From NCBI GenBank assembly GCA_038040345.1, contig JBBPIQ010000001.1, positions 257,245-321,244 of the forward strand: 64,000 nucleotides of DNA, in the 5' to 3' direction. The DNA is from Chloroflexota bacterium. Lineage in GTDB: Bacteria > Chloroflexota > Limnocylindria > P2-11E. This document shows, piece after piece, positions 8,676-16,546 of the stretch. Within the stretch, counting starts at the first letter, position 1. Each line of letters starts with the position of its first letter. The position numbers were made by a program, and so were the translations under genes. The notes beneath the pieces are model-generated. The model was not told the origin of the DNA. It did not search any database and saw nothing but the letters and a program-made list of their open reading frames with translations.

Positions 8676-9221
8676 TTACGTTCGCCGGACCTCGGTCGTA
8701 TGCGCCACACGGTTGTCCATCGCCCAGATCGCGGGGCAACGCTCGTCCGCAAGTCGCTTCACCCGCGCGACCTCGTCCTCCGACGCGTCGGTCGCGACAT
8801 CGAGCTCGAACGCGAACGCATTGAGTGGGGGCACCTCGGCGACGCCGAGCGCGGGACGAAAGTCGACCTGGAGGCGAAGGCGTGCGCGCAGGCTCTTGAT
8901 CTTCATGCCGACCATCGCCGCCTGCATCGCATATGTCGACGCGTAGCAGGAGAGGGCACCCCAGAAGCAGTAGATGAGGGGGGACGGAGCGCGACCGTCT
9001 CCGCTCAGGAACGCAGGGAAGTCGGCCTCGAAAGTCGTCTCGCCCCTTGCGTACTTCACCGTTCCGCCGAACTGCGCCTTGGTCTCGTCGGTGCGCCAGT
9101 CGCCGACGAGATCCACACTCAACTGGGCCGCGCTTGGATCGGCCTTCGCCTTCTCCGCGGTCGCCCGCGCGTTGTCGACTCGCACGTTGTGCAGCGTCGC
9201 CATCGTCCCGTCCCTCATCAC
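8676..9221 (-). CDS. OsmC/Ohr family peroxiredoxin-like protein (Cys-containing)
   Basis: Conserved OsmC cysteines (LIYCFWGALSCY, ERCPA). Start uncertain (the alternative MATLHN start was not adopted). Confidence 0.75.
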   Translation of the reverse strand: MMRDGTMATLHNVRVDNARATAEKAKADPSAAQLSVDLVGDWRTDETKAQFGGTVKYARGETTFEADFPAFLSGDGRAPSPLIYCFWGALSCYASTYAMQAAMVGMKIKSLRARLRLQVDFRPALGVAEVPPLNAFAFELDVATDASEDEVARVKRLADERCPAIWAMDNRVAHTTEVRRT

Positions 9222-9300
9222 AATGATGTTCGCTCGCCCTCCGAGAGAGCAACGTGGCGGAGTCTAGGCGAGGTCGCTAGCAGCTCTTGATTCGCCGTTC

Positions 9301-9397
9301 CCTTGAAAGAGATGAGGTCGAGAGAAGCTGCCTAGCACGACTTCTGAGCACGACTCGGGCCGCTCATAACTCGAAAACACGCGTCAGAAAAGCGGCC
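9301..9397. repeat. 97-nt repeat copy B, preceded by a degenerate tRNA-Glu T-arm/anticodon remnant (gattcg…ccttgaaag)
   Basis: Alignment with 5831-5927. Lies between the OsmC start and the stop of the ArsM-like gene. Confidence 0.6.
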
Positions 9398-9441
9398 CAA
9401 GGAACGAAATGAAGGGGGGCGGCAGGCCGCCTTCGGTCAGC

Positions 9442-10230
9442 TCAAGCTGGTTTGCGCGCGTAAACGGTCACGCCGCGCGTCTCGAAGTCCTTGGCGTCAC
9501 TTTCGTGCTTGCTGCCGGCGAACACGTCGACCTCATTAGACATAACGATGTCCGTGAAGCCGGTCTGTTCGAGGAGCACGCGCCACTCTGCATCCAGCAG
9601 AGCCCCGGCAATTCAGCCGCTCCAGAGCGCGATGTCGTCCTTCGCATCCTGAGGAACTTCTTTATGCACGAGGATGTCTCCGATCTGGATCCGCCCGGTG
9701 GGCTTGAGGACACGGAGCATTTCGCCGAACACCGCGCGCTTATCGGGGCACAGGTTGACCACCCCGTTGCTGATGATGACGTCCGCGAAGCCGTCATCGA
9801 CGGGCAGCACTTCCGCGAAGCCTTCGCGGACGTCGACGTTGGAGAGTCCCATCTCGCGTGCGCCTTCTTGCGTCCTCTCCCGCATCTCCGCCGTCATATC
9901 GACGGCGACGACCCGACCGCTCGGCCCGACCTGCTGCGCGGCGATCAGGGTGTCAACGCCCGCGCCGCAGCCGACGTCGACCACGCGTTCGCCCGCGCTA
10001 AGATCGCCGAACAAGAAGGGGTTCCCCGTGCCGGCGAATGACGCGAGGTTTGTCGCCGGAACGCGGTCGATGAGTTCGCTGGGGTAGCCGAGCATTAGGG
10101 CCAAGGGTCGACCGGTGTGAAAGTGGAATCCGAGTTCGGGGTTGGTGGCGACTTCGCTGTACTTCTCGGAGATGAACCGACGAAGCTCATCGCGATCGAT
10201 CCGCGCCACTCCGATCTGTTGCGCAGTCAC
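9442..10230 (-). CDS. ArsM-like class I SAM-dependent methyltransferase; candidate selenoprotein with in-frame TGA (9613-9615) at the conserved catalytic Cys position (…DIALWSG-U-IAGALL…)
   Basis: SAM motif VVDVGCGAG. The conserved ArsM C-terminal domain (IAGALLDAEWRVLLEQTGFTDIV…GVTVYARKP) continues in frame for 56 codons after the TGA to the stop at 9442. Hairpin 9586-9602, exactly 11 nt after the UGA. Confidence 0.6.
9586..9602 (-). promoter_or_regulatory. SECIS-like 17-nt hairpin (mRNA CUCUGC-UGGAU-GCAGAG) starting 11 nt downstream of the in-frame UGA of the ArsM-like gene
   Basis: Perfect 6-bp stem (7 with a G-U pair) and a 5-nt loop. The spacing matches the canonical bacterial SECIS. 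Confidence 0.45.
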
Positions 10231-10316
10231 CCTAACGACCTCCGTTCGCGCTCGAATGAATGGCCCGGAGGATACTGCGCGTCTAGCGTTTTTCGATGAA
10301 CAGTGGGAGGAGTCTG

Positions 10317-10682
10317 ATGGCGAAACTACTGATCACGACCGTGGCTGGTCCCGATGATCCAACCCGCGCCAGCCTCGGTTTCCACATGGCCGTGAACGGC
10401 GCGGTCAAGAACGAGATCGATACGAGCATCGCGATGGCCGGCGATGCGATCGAGCTGCTCAAGCCCGGCGCGGCGGATCACGTCCGGGGCGTTGGCGTTC
10501 CGCCTCTAGTCGAGCTGCTTTCCGGCTGCGTCGCCGCCGGGGTCAAGATCTACGTCTGAAAGGGTTGCGCTGAGGCCCGTGGGGTCTCGCAGCCGGACCT
10601 CGCAGCGATCAAAGCCGAGTACATGACACCGCCGACCCACACGCGCATGGTGATGGAGGCTGACCGAAACATCAGCTTCTAG
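10317..10682 (+). CDS. DsrE/DsrF/YchN-like protein; candidate selenoprotein with in-frame TGA (10557-10559) giving a UxxC motif (…VKIYV-U-KGC-AEARGV…)
   Basis: GGGAGGAG Shine-Dalgarno sequence 4 nt upstream of ATG 10317 (an alternative ATG exists at 10296). The region around the TGA aligns with YchN VKLCKTCTDGRGI. The frame continues 41 codons to TAG 10680-10682. Hairpin 10571-10589. Confidence 0.6.
10571..10589 (+). promoter_or_regulatory. SECIS-like hairpin (UGAGGCCC-GUG-GGGUCUCG) starting 12 nt downstream of the in-frame UGA of the DsrE-like gene
   Basis: 7-8 bp stem with a G-U pair and a GUG loop. Confidence 0.4.
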
Positions 10683-10688
10683 CCGCGC

Positions 10689-11738
10689 CTACTTCTTCAG
10701 CTCGGTCGACAGCCCCTTGAAGATCGTGAGATCGATCGCCTTGAGCAAGTCGTCGGTGCTCGCTTTCAGAAGGCCGACGTCCGTGAGCAGCGGTGCGTAG
10801 AAGCGGACCGCCTTCTCGAGGTCGTACGTGCGCCAGTCGAGAGGCACCATGTTCGCCGCAACAGTTATGTTCGCGAGCGCCGCCGCGCCGCCAAAGAGTC
10901 CCTTATCCGCGGCGAGCTTCGCCGCATCGCTGCGATCGGCGGTGAGGGTGTCCGCGGTGCGATAGATCGCGCGCATCGCACGCTTCGCGGCGATCGGGTT
11001 CGCGCGATACCACGGCTCGCTCGCGATGATGAAGCAGCAGTTGGTGCTCTTCCAGGGCTCGTCCATAACCTGCGAGAAAATCACGTGTCCCTTATTCGCG
11101 GGGTTCGCCTTCAGCGCAGCGGCTGCCGTCGTGGCCACGTACATCACGTCGCTCTTGCCATCGAGGTAGAGCTTCAGCACGTCGGCGTCGGCCTGCACGA
11201 CGAAATTCACATCCTTCGGGTCGACTCCGGCCTGCTTGAGCGCCATCGCCATCCAGCTGTATGGCAGGTTGGTAAGAGCCTTGGAAGTTACGGAGATGGT
11301 GCGCCCCTTGAGATCCTTCAGCGAGGCAATGCCCGGCTGCGCCCAGATCTCATTGCATCCGGGGTGGAGCCCACCTAGCGCGACAACCTTCGGGCCGCTC
11401 TCGACCGAGTTGAAGACCGCCTGCGGGAATGCGTTGCCAATGTCGGCGTTACCTGCCGCGATCGCCGTGGTGGTGACCGCGTCAGTGAACTTCACGTCGG
11501 TGAAGCCTTCCTCGCGGAGATAGCGCTCGGCCCCAAAGATCGCGCTGTCGCATGCGCCAGCCGCAAGCCGGATCGAGGTCGTCTCCGGCGGCGCCAGCGT
11601 TGCCGTCGCAGTCGGGACCGGAGCCGTCGCCGTTGCGGCAGACGAGCCTGCGGGTGCGCACGAAGCGAGAAATGGTCCGGCGGTCAACGCGGCGGCGGCA
11701 CCCATGCCGCGGCGCAGCACCTCACGTCTCGTGACCAT
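10689..11738 (-). CDS. ABC transporter substrate-binding protein (NMT1/SsuA/TauA-like, NitT/TauT family) with Tat signal
   Basis: N-terminal RREVLRRGMGAAAALTAG twin-arginine motif. Periplasmic binding-protein fold signatures. Confidence 0.7.
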   Translation of the reverse strand: MVTRREVLRRGMGAAAALTAGPFLASCAPAGSSAATATAPVPTATATLAPPETTSIRLAAGACDSAIFGAERYLREEGFTDVKFTDAVTTTAIAAGNADIGNAFPQAVFNSVESGPKVVALGGLHPGCNEIWAQPGIASLKDLKGRTISVTSKALTNLPYSWMAMALKQAGVDPKDVNFVVQADADVLKLYLDGKSDVMYVATTAAAALKANPANKGHVIFSQVMDEPWKSTNCCFIIASEPWYRANPIAAKRAMRAIYRTADTLTADRSDAAKLAADKGLFGGAAALANITVAANMVPLDWRTYDLEKAVRFYAPLLTDVGLLKASTDDLLKAIDLTIFKGLSTELKK

Positions 11739-11930
11739 TGAAGATCCCCCCCTCCCGTCACCCGAGTCGAATCGAGCTGACGGCCGACCGGATACTAGGC
11801 GGGCCCCAGAGAAATAGCGATGGCTTGATCTCTGCGGCCATCGCAGTGCCTATCGGGCGAGCGGTCAGGCAGTCTTCCGCCCTGGAGCGCTCTCTTTCCC
11901 GATTCCGCGGGACGGATCGCGTCGCCCGCG

Positions 11931-13151
11931 TTAGCGCGCGGCGAGCACGAAGTAGGTGGTCAGCGGCCCACGGCCGCGAACATCGATCGCACCGCGCTCT
12001 TCGCAGACAAAGTCGTCCTTCACGAGCGCGTACGTCGTCTCGCTCACCTGAACGCGGCCGGCCATCCCCTGGGACTCCATGCGACTCGCCGTGTTCACGG
12101 TGTCGCTCCAGATGTCGTAAACGAACTTGTGCTTCCCGATGACGCCCGCGACCAGCGGTCCGGAGTTCAGGCCGATGCGCACCGCGAGGCTGCGCCTCTC
12201 AGGTGTGCGGTAGCGCTCGATGAAGTCCCGCACATCCAGCGCCATGCGGACCGCCGCGAGCGCATGATCCGCGCGTGAAAGCGGCACGCCGCTCACACCC
12301 ATCCAGTTGTCCCCGATGGTGCGGATCTTCTCGACGCCGTGGCGCTGGGCGAGGTCATCGATATGAGAGAAGACGTCGTTGAGGACGCCGATGAGCGCGT
12401 CCGGCGTGAGCTCTAAGGCGAGGGCGGTCGAGCCAACGAGGTCGGCGAAGAGTACGGTCGCATGTGCGTGCGAGTCGGCGATGCGACGTTCACCGGCCTT
12501 GAGGCGGTCCGCGATCTGCTTCGGAAGGATGTTGAGCAGCAGACCTTCCGAACGCTCCTGCTCCGCGGCCAGTAGGTGCATGGCTTGGTCGCGCTGGCGG
12601 TTGAAGACGGCCAGGAGCGTGACCGCGAGCGTGCTGATCGCGGCGATGTTGAGAACGAAGAAGGTCGTACGCAACCACTCCGGGAGTGCGTTCGTCCCGC
12701 GCAGGCTGCCCTCGAGAACACCGGCGGTCGCGACGAGGGCAAGAAATGCCAGCAGCCAGAGTGCCGCGCGTGGTGCGCCGAAGACGAGTGCGCCGATCGG
12801 TGCGAGCAGCGACCAGAGCACGACCCCGCTGGACGGCACGAACCCGCCCAGGGTGAGCTGCAAGGCGAAGGGCAGCGCTAGGATGAGCACGAGCTCGATC
12901 CATCGCAGGAGCGCGAACCAGCCCGTGATTAGGAAGGTCGCCAGCCCCAGCAAGCTGACGATGACATACGCGAACGGGATGGCAGCCGACAGCCGCTCGC
13001 CATAGATGAAGTAGATCGCCGACCACACCAGGCCCGGCGGGATAAACAGCAGCGCTGAGAGCACGAGCAAGGTCTTCTGCGTGCGGACCTCGCTCTCGTC
13101 GCCGGGCGGGCTGACCCGACCCGCGATCTGGTCGACGAACGGAAGGAGCAC
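11931..13151 (-). CDS. Membrane-anchored class III adenylate/guanylate cyclase
   Basis: Six hydrophobic N-terminal helices. The C-terminal cyclase domain has FADLVGST…GDNWMGVSGVP…NTASRMES motifs. Confidence 0.8.
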   Translation of the reverse strand: MLLPFVDQIAGRVSPPGDESEVRTQKTLLVLSALLFIPPGLVWSAIYFIYGERLSAAIPFAYVIVSLLGLATFLITGWFALLRWIELVLILALPFALQLTLGGFVPSSGVVLWSLLAPIGALVFGAPRAALWLLAFLALVATAGVLEGSLRGTNALPEWLRTTFFVLNIAAISTLAVTLLAVFNRQRDQAMHLLAAEQERSEGLLLNILPKQIADRLKAGERRIADSHAHATVLFADLVGSTALALELTPDALIGVLNDVFSHIDDLAQRHGVEKIRTIGDNWMGVSGVPLSRADHALAAVRMALDVRDFIERYRTPERRSLAVRIGLNSGPLVAGVIGKHKFVYDIWSDTVNTASRMESQGMAGRVQVSETTYALVKDDFVCEERGAIDVRGRGPLTTYFVLAAR

Positions 13152-13219
13152 CTCAGCCCTGCATCAGGCGGAGGGGACGATGGCGCTTACATCCGGATTC
13201 ATCGCGCGCGGGTCCGTCG

Positions 13220-13717
13220 TCACTCCACGAGGACGGCCGCGCGCATACGCTGATCAGCGTGCCCGGGCACGCTGCAGTACGCGTCGTAGCGTCCTGGGGG
13301 CAGCCCGCGAAGGCCAACTGTCTTGGTTTCGCCGGGGTTCGCCACGATGTGGATCCCGAGCGCCGGCACAGTGAGGTCGTGCATTACGCCGTTTGCTGCG
13401 GGGTTGCTTAGCGTCAGATTCACTTCCGTCGCGTGCGGGACGCGGATCTCGCTGGGCGTGAAGCTGAAGTTCAGGGCCACTACCCGCACCTCGGTTGCGC
13501 CGGGAATGGCGGACGCGGCGGGGCCGGCGTTGCCGAAGCCCATCATCCCGGGACCCATGGGCGCTTGGCCCATCATGCCGGGGCCTATCTGCCAAGACCC
13601 GTTCGGGAATGCGCTCGCACCACCGGCGGCTTGGCCGATCGCCAATGCGGCGATGCCGAGGAGCAGAAGGATGCCCGACACCACTGCCACCGAGCCGGCG
13701 ACCCGCTGGGCGGTCAT
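13220..13717 (-). CDS. Membrane-anchored cupredoxin (type-1 copper protein, plastocyanin/azurin-like)
   Basis: C-terminal YCSVPGHADQRM copper ligand set (H…C…H…M). N-terminal TM helix. Gly/Met/Pro-rich linker. Confidence 0.65.
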   Translation of the reverse strand: MTAQRVAGSVAVVSGILLLLGIAALAIGQAAGGASAFPNGSWQIGPGMMGQAPMGPGMMGFGNAGPAASAIPGATEVRVVALNFSFTPSEIRVPHATEVNLTLSNPAANGVMHDLTVPALGIHIVANPGETKTVGLRGLPPGRYDAYCSVPGHADQRMRAAVLVE

Positions 13718-13950
13718 CGCTTCGTCTCTTCGATCGCGGCGCGCCGAGTGCGGAACTCCTCCGTGTCGATCTCGCCACGCGCCAGTCGCTCTTCGAGGAT
13801 CCGAAGGGCACCGCTATCCCCTCCGCGGGCATGCTGTTGTCGCGAGAGCGTCAGGACTGCCCAGACGATTCCCGCGATCACGAAGACCCAAAAGAGCAGC
13901 ATCAAGAGTCCGCCGAAACCGAACCAATAGCCGTTCATATATGGCATCAC
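13714..13950 (-). CDS. SHOCT domain membrane protein
   Basis: N-terminal TM helix plus C-terminal LEERLARGEIDTEEF SHOCT motif. ATGA overlap with the cupredoxin gene. Confidence 0.65.
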   Translation of the reverse strand: MMPYMNGYWFGFGGLLMLLFWVFVIAGIVWAVLTLSRQQHARGGDSGALRILEERLARGEIDTEEFRTRRAAIEETKR

Positions 13951-14112
13951 ATGAAGACCTCCCTCAGAGACGGTACGCCGGATGCGAGCGTAGGAGATGC
14001 GTCCGTCGGACTCACGACCGGCGGGTCAAAGGTCCTCTCAACACGACGAGATAGAGCGACGAAGAGGGCGCTAGGTCTCGCGACGGACACTCCACAGATC
14101 ACGCTCTGTGCG

Positions 14113-15456
14113 TCACCAAGGCTCCGGGGCGAGCGCTCTCGATTCTCCAGGCGCACGCGTTTCGGGAAGTCGACCGAGCGTCACGAGACCCGAAGCCAGT
14201 GTCAGGGCGGCCACGACCCCGACGGCCCAATTCAGACCGAGCCGGTCCGCGACGATTCCGGCGACGAGCGCTCCGATCACGTAACCCGCGTCCCGCCAGA
14301 AGCGATACACGCCGGTCGCGGTCGCTCGCCATTGTGGGTGTGCGACATCGGAGACGACCGCGAGCAGCGTGGGATAGACCAAGGCCGTGCCCAGACCGAG
14401 AGCGGCCATGCCGACGAGCGCGAGCCAGAAATCGGGCGCGATCGCGAGCACACCCAGTGCGGCCGCCTGTACGAACATTCCACCGACGATCAGCCACCGC
14501 CTGCCAAATGCATCGGACATGGCTCCGGTCGCAAGTTGCGCCACGCCCCAAACGGCGGGGTACGCACCGGCCAGAACGCCGACCTGTTGGAGATCACGGC
14601 CCGAAGCGAGGAAGAGCAACGGCAGCAGACCCCACGCGACACCGTCGTTGAGGTTATTCACCAGACCGGCTTGGCTCGCAGCAGAGAGCGCACGGTCACG
14701 CCAGGTGGTCCGCGCGAAGATCTCGCCCAGCGATGGAAGGGGCTCCGACGGACGGTCCGTCGCTTCTGCGCGCGCGTGCTCGACGGACTCTCGGGTTGCG
14801 AGCGAAAGCCCCAGACCAAGGATGGCGAACGCAAGGCCGAGGAGAAAGGGCTGCGGTCGTAGGGCGGTGGCGGCCGCGAGCTCGCTCCCGGCGAAGGCGG
14901 CGAGACCGACTGCGAGGTAGCCAGCGAACTCGTTGATCCCAAGGGCCAGCCCGCGGCGGGCAGGCCCCACGAGATCAACCTTCATGATGATGGTCATCGA
15001 CCAGCAGAGGCCCTGATTCACGCCCAGGAAGAGATTCGCGGCGACGACCCAGCCCCAGTTGGGCGCGAGGATGATTAGCACGGGGACGGGTAGGCCGAAG
15101 AGCCAGCCTGCGATGAGCAGCCGCCTTCGACCCACCCGGTCCGCGAGTGCGCCGGCGGCCAGGTTGGTCACCGCCTTGGTTGCGCCGAAGCTGGCGATGA
15201 AGGTAAGGAGCGCGGCCCACGAGGCGACCCCGACTCCTGCTCGCCGAGGACCGGCAAGATCGCCCGCTCGAGCCCGACCATCGCTCCGACGAAGGCATTG
15301 ACGGCGACGAGCAACGCGAACTGCCTCCAGTTCGCGCGCAGACCCAGTCGGATCCCGACCACTGACGGGACTACGAGAGCGAACGCTCCAGCACTGCGAT
15401 TTGCCACACCCACCCGCGCCGCTGCATGACCGGACGCAAACCGGCGGACTCGGCAA
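14113..15456 (-). CDS. MFS transporter with an apparent single-base frameshift near 15228-15238; TM1 lies in the other frame (ORF 15168-15521)
   Basis: The 15168-15521 frame gives …FALLVAVNAFVGAMVGLERAILPVLGEQ. The long frame resumes at …VASWAALLTFIASFGATKAVTNLAAGALADRVGRRR, the MFS D/GRR motif. This is a pseudogene or a sequencing indel. Confidence 0.6.
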   Translation of the reverse strand: MPSPPVCVRSCSGAGGCGKSQCWSVRSRSPVSGRDPTGSARELEAVRVARRRQCLRRSDGRARAGDLAGPRRAGVGVASWAALLTFIASFGATKAVTNLAAGALADRVGRRRLLIAGWLFGLPVPVLIILAPNWGWVVAANLFLGVNQGLCWSMTIIMKVDLVGPARRGLALGINEFAGYLAVGLAAFAGSELAAATALRPQPFLLGLAFAILGLGLSLATRESVEHARAEATDRPSEPLPSLGEIFARTTWRDRALSAASQAGLVNNLNDGVAWGLLPLLFLASGRDLQQVGVLAGAYPAVWGVAQLATGAMSDAFGRRWLIVGGMFVQAAALGVLAIAPDFWLALVGMAALGLGTALVYPTLLAVVSDVAHPQWRATATGVYRFWRDAGYVIGALVAGIVADRLGLNWAVGVVAALTLASGLVTLGRLPETRAPGESRALAPEPW

Positions 15457-16021
15457 TCGCGAGGATCCGGCGCGGGTCGTGAATGTAGAGGCGGAAGGCG
15501 CAGCCGCGGAGCCGGAACCAAATGCGGCTAAGCAATTGCCCGACCCGCCACCACCAGCGGTCGGCAGGAAAGCTCAACGCCAGGACTCTTGCCGCGTGGT
15601 TGGCCGAGACGCCGACCAACGCTTCCATGTCTGGATAGCAGCAGATCACCCGATGAAGCAGCACGATGTCCGCGCGCGGTACCTGGTCACCATCCTGGGC
15701 GAAATCAAGGACGGTGCGATCGACACGGGCGGTGAGGCCGACGGTTTCCAACAGGTCACGGGCTGCCTGCTCGTACGTATCCACGAGCTCCACATTGGTC
15801 GCGCGCGTCGCCCCCGCACGGAGCAGCTCGATCTCGAGGGCGCCGATACCGCCGCCGACTTCCAACACGCTCGCCCCGGCGACACCTCGATTCACGATCT
15901 CATCGACCATCCGCTGACCGGTGGGATCCAATCCTTTCTTCAGATAGGTTTGCGCGTCGCTCCTCGCGTTCTTCTCGTCGAAGAGCTCCGCGTAACCATC
16001 CCTACCGCAGCACGCTGGCAT
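15371..16021 (-). CDS. Class I SAM-dependent methyltransferase with N-terminal Cys pair (MPACCGRDGY…)
   Basis: VLEVGGGIG SAM motif. N-terminal CC dyad. Sits within the metal ATPase operon. Confidence 0.7.
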   Translation of the reverse strand: MPACCGRDGYAELFDEKNARSDAQTYLKKGLDPTGQRMVDEIVNRGVAGASVLEVGGGIGALEIELLRAGATRATNVELVDTYEQAARDLLETVGLTARVDRTVLDFAQDGDQVPRADIVLLHRVICCYPDMEALVGVSANHAARVLALSFPADRWWWRVGQLLSRIWFRLRGCAFRLYIHDPRRILAIAESAGLRPVMQRRGWVWQIAVLERSLS

Positions 16022-16041
16022 CGCTCAACCCAAGCGCGTCG

Positions 16042-16335
16042 CTACGCCATTTCCGATCGGATGATCTCGCCGTCGTGCCACTCCGGATCCGCCGCGAGCA
16101 GTGCGCGCATCTTCTTGTAGCGCTCGTCCTGCTTGGGATCCCGCGCGTTCGCGACGTAGCTCTCCTTGTCCTTGAAGGCGACGGCCATGTAGATCTCGTT
16201 CGGGTCGCGATCCATGCGATACACGACCGTGCTGACAAACCCCGAGATCTTGAGCTGGTCGTACTGAGCCATGTCTTCCTTGAGCTTCGCCTCCATTCCT
16301 GGCTTAAGTCGCATCCGTGCAACCGTCCCGTACAT
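16042..16335 (-). CDS. ABM (antibiotic biosynthesis monooxygenase-like) dimeric alpha+beta barrel protein
   Basis: 97 aa. ABM-like pattern (…FVSTVVYRMDRDPNEIYMAVAFKDKESY…). Confidence 0.55.
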   Translation of the reverse strand: MYGTVARMRLKPGMEAKLKEDMAQYDQLKISGFVSTVVYRMDRDPNEIYMAVAFKDKESYVANARDPKQDERYKKMRALLAADPEWHDGEIIRSEMA

Positions 16336-16546
16336 CCAAGACTCCTTCCCGCGTTTGCTCGCATCCTATGCGCGCGCTGCGGTTGGTCCACGGCAGTCCC
16401 GCCGCAGCCGATGTGCGGTGTGGCGCCGAGCGCCGTACGCTCACGATCCGCAAGACGCAATTCGGGACGTGATCTGCGGATTCGCGGCTCTTTCTCGGTT
16501 CGGCGCGTCGACTCGCCCACCCGCGGGAGCAAGAAGGGGATTTCTC

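Noticed and set aside
6606-9221. Rhodanese and OsmC as additional selenoproteins
   Set aside because: Both have ordinary Cys codons at their active sites (HCATGGRS; LIYCFWGALSCY) and no internal TGA.
9409-10041. Plus-strand ORF 9409-10041 (210 aa) opposite the ArsM-like gene
   Set aside because: Antisense to a gene with clear SAM-methyltransferase motifs. The translation is low-complexity.
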